DNA of 64,000 bases from Arenicellales bacterium (GTDB taxonomy: Bacteria > Pseudomonadota > Gammaproteobacteria > Arenicellales > JBFEOO01). The position numbers were made by a program, and so were the translations under genes. Positions 1-9,531 of the stretch are shown here, piece by piece. The notes beneath the pieces are model-generated. The model was not told the DNA's origin, made no database searches, and saw nothing but the letters and a program-made list of their open reading frames with translations. How positions within the stretch are numbered: the first letter of the stretch is position 1; each line of letters opens with the position of its first letter. The stretch lies in contig JBFEOO010000005.1 in NCBI GenBank assembly GCA_041550555.1, forward strand, positions 14,017-78,016, written 5' to 3'.

Positions 1-71
1 ACGACCGCGTGCGAAACCCACTTCTCAACCGCGGCCCTCAGGGGAGATAATGGGCAGCGGGGGGGGCTTCC

Positions 72-917
72 GTGAGTGCCTACGAGAATTATCACCAAAC
101 GTCTCCGAGCTACGACCGCACGCGCGCCCCGGTCGGCATCGAGATCATCATCGGCTGCCTGGCCGTCAACCCACGTCCGCTATTGAGCCAGCGGATACTC
201 GACGCCGGCTGCGGAACAGGCAACTATGCCATCGCATTGCTCGCGCACGTCGGCGAAGTTGTGGCAATGGACCTCAACTCGGCTATGCTCGACGTCGCCA
301 CAAGCAAGCTGACCGATGCCTCGCGACGGGCACGCCTCACCTTTCACAGAGCCAGTATCTCGGCGCTTCCTTTCGAGGACGCGAGCTTCGATGGCATCAC
401 GGTCAACCAGGTGCTGCATCATCTCCCGCGAAGCGGTCGAGACGGCCTGGCCGCGTATCGGCAGGCTTTCCGGGGGTTCGCCCGTGTGCTCAGACCGGGC
501 GGCGCGCTGATCATCAATACGTGCTCGATAGAACAGCTCGGCAGCGGCTTCTGGTACTACGACCTCATCCCAGAGGCGGCCGCCGCGATGCAGGAGCGGC
601 ACCTGCCCCTCGAGGACCTCGACCGGCTGCTGGACGAGACCGGTCTGGCCGCGGACGCCCGCTTCGTGCCGCTCGACGCGGTGCTACAGGGCGCGGCGTA
701 CTTCGACTGCGACGGGCCGCTCGACAAGCATTGGCGCGACGGCGATTCCATCTGGAGCACCGTGCCCCCCGATCGGCTCGAAGCTGTCCTCGTGCGCGTG
801 CGCGCCATGGAGCGCGACGGCACGCTCGAGGCCTATGTCGCCGATCACGACGCCGGCCGCAGGCGCATCGGTCAGATGACATTCGTCTGCAGGCGACGCC
901 GGCCGGGAGATAGCTGA
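72..917 (+). CDS. class I SAM-dependent methyltransferase
   Basis: 281-aa ORF with a GTG start. It has the Rossmann SAM-binding motif I ILDAGCGTGNYAIAL, followed by VVAMDLN. Its stop abuts the next gene (TGAATG). Confidence 0.85.
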   Translation: MSAYENYHQTSPSYDRTRAPVGIEIIIGCLAVNPRPLLSQRILDAGCGTGNYAIALLAHVGEVVAMDLNSAMLDVATSKLTDASRRARLTFHRASISALPFEDASFDGITVNQVLHHLPRSGRDGLAAYRQAFRGFARVLRPGGALIINTCSIEQLGSGFWYYDLIPEAAAAMQERHLPLEDLDRLLDETGLAADARFVPLDAVLQGAAYFDCDGPLDKHWRDGDSIWSTVPPDRLEAVLVRVRAMERDGTLEAYVADHDAGRRRIGQMTFVCRRRRPGDS

Positions 918-1667
918 ATGGCAGCGGTGACGGTGGGCGACGCCCGCTTCGACGTCGAGCTGATCGTCTTCGACAAGGACGGGACGCTCATCGACTTCCA
1001 CCACATGTGGGGGCGGCGCACCGAGACGAGCGTCTCGGTGCTGCTGCAAGCCGTCGGCGGCGACCGGCGACTCGAGCAGGCTTTGTTCCGAGGTCTCGGC
1101 TACGACCATGAGCGGCGCCGCACGATGGGCAGCGGGCCGCTGGCCACCGCGACCCTGGCCAAGATTCGCACGGTGGTGGCAACGGTGCTCTATCAACACG
1201 GCTTGAGCTGGGAGGATGCCGAACATCGGGCGGAGGCGACCTTCGCACGATGCTTCAGCCGCCTCCCCGAGGCCGAGGCCATCCGGCCGCGTGGTGACGT
1301 GGCGAGCATCTGCCGCAGGCTGCTCGCGGCGGGTCTGCACCTGGCGGTGGCCACGACCGACGACCGCGAGGCCACCAAGGCCACGTTACGTCAACTGGCC
1401 GTCGACGAGCTCATCGCCCACCTGCGCTGCGGCGATGATCCCGACGGTCCGACCAAGCCCGACCCCGATGTCTTGCACCAGCTGGCCCGAGACACGAACG
1501 TCCGACCGCAACACGTCATGATGGTGGGCGACACACCGAGCGACCTGACCATGGCCCGCCGTGCCGGGGCTGTCGCCGTAGGCGTAACCGGCGGTGCGGG
1601 GCGGCCGAGCGATCTTGCTCCCCATGCCGACGCGCTCGTCGAATCCATTGCCGCGATCGAGGTCTGA
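918..1667 (+). CDS. HAD-superfamily hydrolase (phosphatase-like)
   Basis: 249 aa. HAD motif I is VFDKDGTLIDF and motif IV is MVGDTPSDLTMARRAGA. The gene is translationally coupled to the upstream methyltransferase. Confidence 0.85.
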   Translation: MAAVTVGDARFDVELIVFDKDGTLIDFHHMWGRRTETSVSVLLQAVGGDRRLEQALFRGLGYDHERRRTMGSGPLATATLAKIRTVVATVLYQHGLSWEDAEHRAEATFARCFSRLPEAEAIRPRGDVASICRRLLAAGLHLAVATTDDREATKATLRQLAVDELIAHLRCGDDPDGPTKPDPDVLHQLARDTNVRPQHVMMVGDTPSDLTMARRAGAVAVGVTGGAGRPSDLAPHADALVESIAAIEV

Positions 1668-1876
1668 CACCTGCTCGGGTAAGCTTACCCTCGCGAGACA
1701 GCGGCCACCGCGAGCGCGCATGCCGAGACCCCTGCGGGCTCGGCCACGGGCCGCTGACCAGGCGGCTCGCCCTCGGACCGGACCGTGCTGACCGACGCCG
1801 GCGCGGAGCGCCACACACCTGTCGACTCCCCGGGCCTCGGCGCGCTATCGACGACTTGCGAGCGAGGAGCACGGCT

Positions 1877-2203
1877 ATGCAGCACTGGCTGATCCTGATC
1901 GGCGCCATTCTCTTGGAGGTGGCGGGCACGACGTCCATGAAGCTCTCGGAGGGATTTACGCGGATCGTTCCCTCCCTGCTGATCTTCGTGTTCTACGCCT
2001 TGTCCTTCGTGGCACTGACGCTGGCAATCCGCAGGATTGATCTCAGCGTGGCATACGCCATATGGGCGGGTGTCGGTACCGCAGTGATCGCCGTCATCGG
2101 CTTCGCCTATTTCCACGAGCCGGTGAACGCCGTCAAGCTGGGGAGCATCGCCCTGATCATCGTGGGCGTCGTCGGCCTCAATCTGGCCGGCACTCACGGC
2201 TGA
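1877..2203 (+). CDS. SMR-family small multidrug efflux protein (EmrE/QacE-like)
   Basis: The internal ATG at 1877 is preceded by GAGGAG. The product is 108 aa with 4 TM segments. The conserved membrane Glu lies in ILLEVAGTTSMKLSEGF, which resembles the EmrE type rather than the Gdx/SugE type. Confidence 0.85.
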   Translation: MQHWLILIGAILLEVAGTTSMKLSEGFTRIVPSLLIFVFYALSFVALTLAIRRIDLSVAYAIWAGVGTAVIAVIGFAYFHEPVNAVKLGSIALIIVGVVGLNLAGTHG

Positions 2204-2220
2204 CGGCCGATCGGCCGCAC

Positions 2221-3930
2221 TCAGCGACGTCGCCAGGCCTGCGTGCGCCGTTCGAGCAGGTGGCTGCCCGCATAGTGCAGCAGGCGCACACCCGCGCTGG
2301 TGTAGAAGATCATCATGCCCATGGCAGCCGCCGGGGCGATGTCTCCTGCATCATCCATGTTGAGCACGGCGACCGAGGCCAGCGTCGTGTCCGGCCCGTA
2401 GAGGAACACCACCGCCGACACCGTGGTCATGGCGTTGACGAACAGATAAATGCTGATGTCGAGAATCGCCGGCATGCACACGGGCACGGTGACCCGTCCA
2501 AAGGTCTTGTAGAAGGGCTGCTTGAGCGACGCCGACACGGCCTCGAACTCCCGATCCATTTGTTTCAGCGCGGTGACTGCCGTCAGATGGCCAACCGTGT
2601 AGAAATGGACGATGGTGCTGATCACCAGGATCGCCATCGAGTGGTAGAGGAAATTGAGCGGATTGTCAGGATGATTGAAGAAGAAGATATAGGAGAGCCC
2701 CAGCACGAGACCGGGCACTGCCATCGGCATCATAGCCAGAAATTGAAATAGCGCGCGCCCCTGCGCAAAGCCCCTCGCCTTCTCGACCATGTAGCCGCCG
2801 GTGAACACCACAATGGTGCCGAACAGGGCGCTGTAGAGCGCCATTCGTATTGAATTGCCGTACGACTCCCAGCCGCCGCCGTCCATGAGGTCGAACTGGT
2901 AGTTCTTCAGCGACAGGCTGAGATCGTAGGGATAGAACTTGACGAGCGCCGCGTACTGGCAGGTGGCGAGCATGCCCAGAATGAAAATGCTCACGAGACA
3001 GGTGTAGGCGAGCATGATGTTGTCGAAACGGCGTTGCGGCTTCGGCTCCAGCGTCACGGCCCGCCCCGAAAGCAATGCAACCTGCCTCCTTTGCACGATT
3101 CGATCGACCACGAACGCTATCGCCGCGGGTATCAAGAGCACGACGCTGACCACCGCCCCCATCTCGAAGTTCTGCTGTCCGATCACCTGCTTGTAAATAT
3201 CAGTAGCGAGAACATTGAAATCGCCGCCGATCACCTTTGGGGCGCCGAAATCGGTGATGGTCAGGGTAAAAACGACGAAAGCGGCGCTTATCAATCCGTA
3301 ACGCACCCCCGGGAGCGTCACGGTAAGAAAGATGCGCACTTTGCCGGCGCGCAGCGCCACGGCGGCCTCGTACAGACGAGCGTCGGCAATCGACAGGGCG
3401 GTCACTATGATGATGAGCGCGTGGGGAAAGGTGAAGAACACCTCGGCGATCACGATACCTATCGGACCGTAGATCTCGTGGCCGAAGAGCAGCCAGGAGA
3501 TCATGCCCTGTCGTCCGAACAGGTAGACGAGAGCGATGCCCGGAAGCAACGACGGCACTAGAATCGGCACCATCGCCACCGTCTTGAATAACCCCTTCAG
3601 CGGCATGCAGCTGCGCGTCAACGCGTAGGCGAACACGAAAGCCAGCGAAATCGTAATCACCGTCGTGACGACGGCGATGAAGATGCTGTTGTTGATCGAA
3701 TACGACAGCGCCGGTGTGCCGAAATACTCAAGATAATTGGCGAGCCCGACGAATTCACCGTCGTGGTTTCGGAAGCTCTTCGAGAGCATCGTGTAGAGCG
3801 GCAGCGCGAGAGCGATTACCAGGTACAGTCCCACCGCTACCATGTAGGCGCGCATGATCCAGTCGTCGCGGCTGGATTTCGCTCGCACCACCGGCGCCGC
3901 CACTGCAGCCGTCACCGCATGGTCAGCCAT
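2221..3930 (-). CDS. ABC importer permease, fused two-domain (FbpB / putative 2-aminoethylphosphonate PhnU2-like)
   Basis: 569 aa and highly hydrophobic, with a duplicated MalFG-type permease architecture. Its start overlaps the stop of the upstream ATPase gene by 8 nt. Confidence 0.85.
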   Translation of the reverse strand: MADHAVTAAVAAPVVRAKSSRDDWIMRAYMVAVGLYLVIALALPLYTMLSKSFRNHDGEFVGLANYLEYFGTPALSYSINNSIFIAVVTTVITISLAFVFAYALTRSCMPLKGLFKTVAMVPILVPSLLPGIALVYLFGRQGMISWLLFGHEIYGPIGIVIAEVFFTFPHALIIIVTALSIADARLYEAAVALRAGKVRIFLTVTLPGVRYGLISAAFVVFTLTITDFGAPKVIGGDFNVLATDIYKQVIGQQNFEMGAVVSVVLLIPAAIAFVVDRIVQRRQVALLSGRAVTLEPKPQRRFDNIMLAYTCLVSIFILGMLATCQYAALVKFYPYDLSLSLKNYQFDLMDGGGWESYGNSIRMALYSALFGTIVVFTGGYMVEKARGFAQGRALFQFLAMMPMAVPGLVLGLSYIFFFNHPDNPLNFLYHSMAILVISTIVHFYTVGHLTAVTALKQMDREFEAVSASLKQPFYKTFGRVTVPVCMPAILDISIYLFVNAMTTVSAVVFLYGPDTTLASVAVLNMDDAGDIAPAAAMGMMIFYTSAGVRLLHYAGSHLLERRTQAWRRR

Positions 3931-5044
3931 TCGACGCGGCTCCTCGGAAAACGTGGATCCGCTCGCGAGGCAGGATGACCGTCAGCGAATCGTCTTCGGC
4001 CAACGTCCGACGGCGCACAAGGCCGACCGACAAATCCGCGCGCAGCGGGTGGCCCGAGCCGAGTTGCTCGCAGCCGAGCTCGGCGCGCACGAACGAGCCG
4101 AGAAACTCCATCGCCTCGATCGTGACCGTCGCCGGGGTCCCGTCGATGCCCTCCGCATCGTGAACCACGATGTCTTCGGGGCGCACGGCAACCGTCACCC
4201 GATCGCCCACCGCAACCCCCGTCGTGTCGCAGGCGACCTCGAGCTGCCCTACGCGCACCGCGCCGTCGACGCTAACCGTGCCAGTCAAGAAATTCATCGT
4301 GCCGATGAAATCCGCAACAAAAATCGTTGCGGGCTCGCTGTAGACCTGACCCGGCGAGCCGATCTGCTCGATAACGCCATTGTTCATGACCACGATGCGG
4401 TCGGCCATGCTGAGCGCCTCTTCCTGATCGTGCGTCACCATGATCGTGGTGACGCCGAGCCGCCGCTGAAGCGCCTTGATTTCGTGGCGCAGGTGCACAC
4501 GCACCTTGGCGTCGAGGGCCGAGAGGGGCTCGTCGAGCAGCAGCAGCCCCGGCGAGGTGGCGATGGCGCGGGCGACGGCGACGCGCTGCTGCTGCCCGCC
4601 CGAGAGCTGGGCCGGATACTTGTCGGCCTGCTCGGGCAGGCCGACCAGCGCCAGCAGCTCGGAGACGCGACCGGCGATCGCCGCTTTACCGGCGTTGCGA
4701 CTGCGCAGGCCATAGGCGACGTTCTTGCGCACCGTCAGATTGGGAAACAGCGCGTATGACTGGAACACGATGCCAAAATCACGCTCGCTGGGGGGCAACG
4801 CCGAGATGTCCGCGCCGGCCTGCTCGACGGTCCCCGTCGTCTGAATGTCGAGCCCGGCGATTGCCCGCAGCAGCGTCGTCTTGCCGCAGCCCGACGGCCC
4901 CACAAAGCAGACGAACTCGCCGTCGTAGACATCCAGCGAGACATCGCGAAGCGCGACGAACTCGCCAAACTTCTTGGTGAGGTTCGCAATGCGAAGATAA
5001 GGTCTGTCGGCGGCCCGCACCGCCTCGGAGACCCGCTCAGTCAT
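3923..5044 (-). CDS. ABC transporter ATP-binding protein (FbpC/PotA-like)
   Basis: Walker A GPSGCGKTT, signature LSGGQQQR, Walker B LLLLDEP and a C-terminal TOBE-like domain are all present. I placed the start at MTERVSEA (5044) because the upstream ORF extension is Arg-rich junk. Confidence 0.9.
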   Translation of the reverse strand: MTERVSEAVRAADRPYLRIANLTKKFGEFVALRDVSLDVYDGEFVCFVGPSGCGKTTLLRAIAGLDIQTTGTVEQAGADISALPPSERDFGIVFQSYALFPNLTVRKNVAYGLRSRNAGKAAIAGRVSELLALVGLPEQADKYPAQLSGGQQQRVAVARAIATSPGLLLLDEPLSALDAKVRVHLRHEIKALQRRLGVTTIMVTHDQEEALSMADRIVVMNNGVIEQIGSPGQVYSEPATIFVADFIGTMNFLTGTVSVDGAVRVGQLEVACDTTGVAVGDRVTVAVRPEDIVVHDAEGIDGTPATVTIEAMEFLGSFVRAELGCEQLGSGHPLRADLSVGLVRRRTLAEDDSLTVILPRERIHVFRGAASNG

Positions 5045-5194
5045 GACATGTGTCCTCGGGTACCGGCGCCTCGGCAACCATAGCGCGATGCAGCGGCCGA
5101 GTCGACCTGCAGCGGCACCGCGCACCCGTCGCCAATCAACCCGGGGACACGGCGCGCAGCCCGGCCACGGCGAGCGCACTCGGCCGGAGCCAGC

Positions 5195-5228
5195 AAAAAA
5201 ACGGCCGCCCCACCGACCGGGGCGGCCG
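5195..5228 (-). terminator. Rho-independent terminator after the substrate-binding protein gene
   Basis: On the minus strand a perfect 10-bp GC stem (CGGCCGCCCC / GGGGCGGCCG, + strand 5202-5211 and 5219-5228) with a 7-nt loop is followed by a run of 7 U (+ strand A-run 5195-5201). It lies about 25 nt after the stop at 5254. Confidence 0.8.
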
Positions 5229-5253
5229 CTGCGGAAGATCTAGACGCTACGCG

Positions 5254-6297
5254 TCAGCTCTTGGGCTCGGACTTGGAGTCGTACCGCTTCTGCCACTCTG
5301 ACAGGATGCGCTTGCGATTCTGGGCCGCCCACTCGAAGTTGTTGTCGATCATCGCTTCGAGAATGCCGTCGGGAAAGTGCTCGACGGGCTTCGCCAGCGC
5401 CGGGATGGCGACCACCGCGTAGCCCTCGTTGTACATCTCGTTGGCTTTCTCGGTGATCGACCAGTCGACCAGCGTCTTTGCCGCATCGAGGTTCTTGGTG
5501 CCGTTCACGATGGCCGTCGCCTCCATGTCCCAACCGATGCCCTCGGAGGGGATGATGATCTCGAGCGGCGCACCCTCTGCTTTCGACTTGGCGCCGCGAA
5601 AGGCGAAGGAAACGCCGATGGGCACTTCACCGCGCGCCGCGTCCTTGCAAGGCTTCGAGCCGGAATGGGTGTAGTAGTTGATGTTCTCGTGAAGGCCGTC
5701 CATGAACGCCCAGCCGCCATCCTCGCCCATCAGCTGCAACCAGCTCGACACGTCGAGGAAGCCGGTGCCGGACGAGTTCGGGTTGGGCATCGCGACGTGG
5801 CCCTTGTACTCGGGCTTGGTGAGATCCTTCCACGAAGAGGGTTTTGACAGATTGTGCTTCTGCGCCTCCACCGTGTTGAAGCAGATGGCGGCGACCCACG
5901 CGTCCATGCCGACCCAAGAGGGCGGGTCCGCCGCATCCCGGAACTTCGGATCCAGCTTGTCCAGGCCCTTGGGCGCGTAGGGCATCAGCATGTCCTCGCC
6001 TTTCATCAGCAACAGGCTCGTCGCGGCCAGTCCCCAGATGACGTCCGCCTGCGGATTGTCTTTCTCCGCCAGCAGCTTCGCCGTGACGATGCCCGTCGAG
6101 TCCCGCACCCATTTGATCTCGATGTCGGGGTGGTCCTCGTTGAAGCGGGCGGCGTATTTCTTCAGGTCCTCCGCCTCGACCGCCGTGTACACCGTGAGCG
6201 TCGTCTGCGCCTGCGCGACAACCGCCGTCAGCAGAACGCCAATAAAAGCGGCGATGACCGTCCTCAAGCCGCGGAGTGATGCTGAAAATGTTCTCAT
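5254..6297 (-). CDS. periplasmic substrate-binding protein (Fe3+/2-aminoethylphosphonate PhnS2-like family)
   Basis: 347 aa with a signal peptide (LLTAVVAQAQTT). The IKWVRDSTGIVTAKLLAEK and NPNSSGTG segments are typical of the FbpA/PhnS2 class of SBPs. This family assignment is from memory only. Confidence 0.85.
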   Translation of the reverse strand: MRTFSASLRGLRTVIAAFIGVLLTAVVAQAQTTLTVYTAVEAEDLKKYAARFNEDHPDIEIKWVRDSTGIVTAKLLAEKDNPQADVIWGLAATSLLLMKGEDMLMPYAPKGLDKLDPKFRDAADPPSWVGMDAWVAAICFNTVEAQKHNLSKPSSWKDLTKPEYKGHVAMPNPNSSGTGFLDVSSWLQLMGEDGGWAFMDGLHENINYYTHSGSKPCKDAARGEVPIGVSFAFRGAKSKAEGAPLEIIIPSEGIGWDMEATAIVNGTKNLDAAKTLVDWSITEKANEMYNEGYAVVAIPALAKPVEHFPDGILEAMIDNNFEWAAQNRKRILSEWQKRYDSKSEPKS

Positions 6298-6524
6298 CTC
6301 TCGTTCATCCTCATTGTGGGTGGTGGTGCGAACCGTCCGTCCTCTCTAGGGAAGGACTGCTTACAGCGCCGACACATCGCGAGACACCCGCTGCGGATGC
6401 CACCGGAAATGCCCCGACCCTCCGGATTATTACGCAGTATCGACCGAGCCGCTACTCACCCCGGCGGCGCCCCCCCACACGGGCGTCCTCCGCGCCTCGT
6501 GCCCTGCAGCGCCGCTGCCCGAGG

Positions 6525-8549
6525 TCAGGCGCCCCCCGCACGCCGACTTCCGCGGCGCCTCGACCCCGGCCGAGATACGCCGCCGGTGAGGGGCAGACTC
6601 ACGACCCGGCCGAGTCTCGGGTACCTCTCGCGCGCGTGCGGGATGGCCATCGCATCGACGAAGTGCGCTTGGAAACGGGGCTCCACCGCCGTCTCCACCT
6701 TCTCCACGGTGCGCACCGTTCGTTCGATCTCGGTGCGGGCCCTGCGATCGAGCAGTGCGATGCGTGCGCCGGTCCCCGCGGCGTTGCCCGCCGCGGTCAC
6801 GTGCTCGAGCTCGCAGTCCGGTATCATGCCGAGAATCATCGCGTACTTGACGTCGATATGGCTGCCGAAGGCCCCGGCGAGCCGAATCCGATCGACCGCT
6901 TCGACGCCGAGCCGATCCATCAGCAGCCGCACCCCCGCGTGCAGCGCCGCCTTCGCGAGCTGGATGGCGCGCACGTCGTTCTGCGTGATGCGTATGGGAA
7001 TCTCGCCGCCATGCACGTGATAGCAGAACGTGCGCCCATCGGCCGCGATCCGGGGCGTGCGCCGGGCGAGGTCGCCGTTGATGACACCGGCGCTGCTGAT
7101 GATGCCCGTGAGGTACATCTCGGCGATCGCCTCGACGATACCCGACCCGCAGATGCCGGTAACACCGCTCGCCGCGACGGCGTCTTCGAAGCCCGCCTCG
7201 TTCGACCAGAGCTCGCAGCCGATGACTTTGAAGCGCGGCTGCAGCGTTTCGGCGTCGATGCGCAGCCGTTCGATCGCCCCGGGCGCCGCCCGCTGACCGC
7301 AGCTGATCTGAGCACCTTCGAAGGCGGGCCCCGTGGGGCTCGACGCCGCCAGCAGCCGGTTACGGTTGCCGAGAACGATCTCCGCATTGGTGCCAACGTC
7401 GACGAGCAGGGTGATCTCGTCCCGCAGATAGGGCGCCTCGGAGAGCAACACGCCTGCGGTATCCGCGCCGACGTGACCGGCGATGCAGGGAAGCACGAAC
7501 ACGCGCGCGTTGGGGTGCAGGTTCAGATCGAGCGCTCTTGCCTCGAGAGACAGCGAGCGATCCGTCGCAAGCGCGAAAGGTGCGCCCCCAAGCTCCACGG
7601 GGCTGATGCCGAGCAGCAGGTGATGCATGATCGGATTACCGACGAAAGTCGCTTCCAGAATATCCGTGACGGCAATCCCCGCCTCCTCGGCCACCTCCTC
7701 GGCGAGACGCCGTACCGCCCCGCGCACCGCATCGGTCATCGCCCCCGCCCCGCCCGGATTCATCATCACATAGGACACCCGGCTCATCAGGTCCTCGCCA
7801 AAACGGATCTGCGGGTTCATGGCGCCCGCGGCGGCGACCACCTCGCCGCTCGCCAGATCGCACAGATGGGCGGCGATCGTCGTCGAGCCCACGTCCACGG
7901 CGAGCCCGTAGGCCTTATCGCGGAACCCGGGCCACACGGCGATGATCCGGCACGCGTCGTGCACCGCCACGGTGACCTGCCACTGCCCCTCGCGCAGCGC
8001 GTGCTGCAGACCGTGCAGCACCTGCAAATCGCAACCGAGCCCCGTCAACCCCCACTCGAACTCCAGCGCCTCCTCGAGCCGCTGCAAGTCACTTTGAGGC
8101 TCGTGCAGGGTCGGCAGCGGCACCTCGACGTAGTGGAGACGCACCGCCGGATCGAGCGTTATCTCGTGCACCTCGGCGCGCTTGCGCACCACCTGGCGAT
8201 GGACCTGGCTGTCAGGGGGGACGTCGATGACGACGTCGCCCGCGATACAGGCCGCGCAGGCGAGCCGCCGCCCGGGCGCCAGCGGCGCGCCCCGGGCATA
8301 CTCACGCTCTGTTTCGCCAACGGCGGAGAGATGCTCGACCCGCGAATCGACACCGTGCTTGGCAAAACGGCCGTAGCTCGGCAGCACCTGGCAGCGCCCG
8401 CACAGACCGCGACCCCCGCACACCGAATCGACGTCGACGCCCAGCGAGCGAGCCGCCTGCAGCACGGACGTTCCGATCCGCACCCGGCCGCGCCGACCCG
8501 ACGGCGTGAACACCACCAGCGCGTCGCTTTGCTCTTGCTCGCCGCTCAC
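6525..8549 (-). CDS. RACo-like reductive activator of corrinoid proteins (N-terminal 2Fe-2S ferredoxin + ASKHA/DUF4445 ATPase)
   Basis: The N-terminus reads VVFTPSGRRGRV...CGGRGLCGRCQV, a plant-type ferredoxin Cys pattern. This is followed by a long ASKHA-like body (LAVDVGSTT, DVGTNAEIV). The start is uncertain: GTG at 8549 is chosen, and the ATG at 8726 would overlap the upstream gene by 109 nt. Confidence 0.8.
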   Translation of the reverse strand: MSGEQEQSDALVVFTPSGRRGRVRIGTSVLQAARSLGVDVDSVCGGRGLCGRCQVLPSYGRFAKHGVDSRVEHLSAVGETEREYARGAPLAPGRRLACAACIAGDVVIDVPPDSQVHRQVVRKRAEVHEITLDPAVRLHYVEVPLPTLHEPQSDLQRLEEALEFEWGLTGLGCDLQVLHGLQHALREGQWQVTVAVHDACRIIAVWPGFRDKAYGLAVDVGSTTIAAHLCDLASGEVVAAAGAMNPQIRFGEDLMSRVSYVMMNPGGAGAMTDAVRGAVRRLAEEVAEEAGIAVTDILEATFVGNPIMHHLLLGISPVELGGAPFALATDRSLSLEARALDLNLHPNARVFVLPCIAGHVGADTAGVLLSEAPYLRDEITLLVDVGTNAEIVLGNRNRLLAASSPTGPAFEGAQISCGQRAAPGAIERLRIDAETLQPRFKVIGCELWSNEAGFEDAVAASGVTGICGSGIVEAIAEMYLTGIISSAGVINGDLARRTPRIAADGRTFCYHVHGGEIPIRITQNDVRAIQLAKAALHAGVRLLMDRLGVEAVDRIRLAGAFGSHIDVKYAMILGMIPDCELEHVTAAGNAAGTGARIALLDRRARTEIERTVRTVEKVETAVEPRFQAHFVDAMAIPHARERYPRLGRVVSLPLTGGVSRPGSRRRGSRRAGGA

Positions 8550-8617
8550 GGGACTGGCTGCTCGAAACAGGGTTGCCGCCGCTCGCTCGTCACGGCGCGG
8601 GCCGGCGCCAACGCGCC

Positions 8618-9418
8618 TCAGTCGGCGCTCGGCCGGCGCCGGCGTCCACGCCGCTGGCGCCGCCCCGAGTCCTGCTCGGCGCCCGCCAGCGGCGGCTCGC
8701 GGAAGCCGGCGATCCAGCGTCGACATTCCGGGTCGTTGCCGGCCATCACGTCGGCGCCCATCACCGCCTGCACCAGCTCGGCATGCAGCGGATTGGTGAT
8801 CGCCGATGTCAGTCCGGCCCCGATCGCCATCGAAAGGAACGCCGCGTTGAGACCGTTGCGGTTCGGCAGGCCGAAGCTCACGTTCGACGCGCCGCAGGTG
8901 GTGTTGACCTTGAGCTCGTCGCGCAGCCGGCGAATGAGGTGAAAAACCTGCTTGCCGGCACTGTTGATGGCGCCTATCGGCATCACCAGGGGATCGACCA
9001 CGACATCGGCCCGGGCGATACCGTGGTCCTGCGCCCGCTCCACGATGCGCCGCGCCACCTCGAAGCGCACATCGGGGTCCTCCGAGATGCCGGTCTCGTC
9101 GTTGGAGATCGCCACCACGGCGGCGCCGTGACGCTTGACCAAGGGCAGCACGGTTTCGAGCCTCTCCTCTTCGCCCGTCACCGAGTTGACCAGCGCCTTG
9201 CCCTGATACACCGCGAGCCCGGCCTCCAGGGCGGCCACGATCGACGAGTCGATCGACAGCGGCACGTCGGTGACCGACTGCACGAGCTGCACGGCTTCAG
9301 CGAGGATGCGGGGCTCATCCGCCAGGGGAATTCCGGCATTCACGTCGAGCATGTGTGCGCCGGCCGCAACCTGCGCCAGCGCGTCCGCCTCGACCCGAGC
9401 GTAGTCGCCCGCCGCCAT
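8618..9418 (-). CDS. methyl-THF:corrinoid methyltransferase (pterin-binding, MtrH/AcsE-like)
   Basis: Pterin-binding TIM-barrel motifs are present (MLDVNAG, SIDSS, ALVNSV, TTCGASNVSFGLP). The first ATG is at 9418, but the conserved N-terminal FCIIGERINPTGRK is encoded in frame upstream (see findings), so the true 5' end probably lies between 9480 and 9550. Confidence 0.8.
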   Translation of the reverse strand: MAAGDYARVEADALAQVAAGAHMLDVNAGIPLADEPRILAEAVQLVQSVTDVPLSIDSSIVAALEAGLAVYQGKALVNSVTGEEERLETVLPLVKRHGAAVVAISNDETGISEDPDVRFEVARRIVERAQDHGIARADVVVDPLVMPIGAINSAGKQVFHLIRRLRDELKVNTTCGASNVSFGLPNRNGLNAAFLSMAIGAGLTSAITNPLHAELVQAVMGADVMAGNDPECRRWIAGFREPPLAGAEQDSGRRQRRGRRRRPSAD

Positions 9419-9531
9419 CTCCGCGGCGAGAACCTTGCGCCCGGTCGGATTGATGCGCTCGCCTATGATGCAGAATGGCCGGTCGAAACCGATGACGACC
9501 TGCTTGACCGCGGAGCTGACGATCGTGTTGG

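Noticed and set aside
1668-1876. Possible guanidine riboswitch (ykkC, mini-ykkC or ykkC-III) in the ~200-nt leader of the SMR gene
   Set aside because: I could find no paired ACGR-loop hairpins closed by G-C pairs, no ykkC core and no convincing ykkC-III pseudoknot. The nearest candidates have wrong closing pairs or an ACGC loop. The encoded SMR also looks EmrE/Qac-type rather than Gdx-type. An Rfam scan would settle it.
6276-8942. 888-aa ORF on the plus strand, the longest of several
   Set aside because: It lies entirely antisense to the RACo-like and MtrH-like genes. Its translation is Arg/Ala/Pro/Gly-rich low complexity with no recognisable motif. This is the typical shadow ORF of a GC-rich genome. 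The same reasoning applies to 8573-9670, 9571-10902 and 11959-13491.
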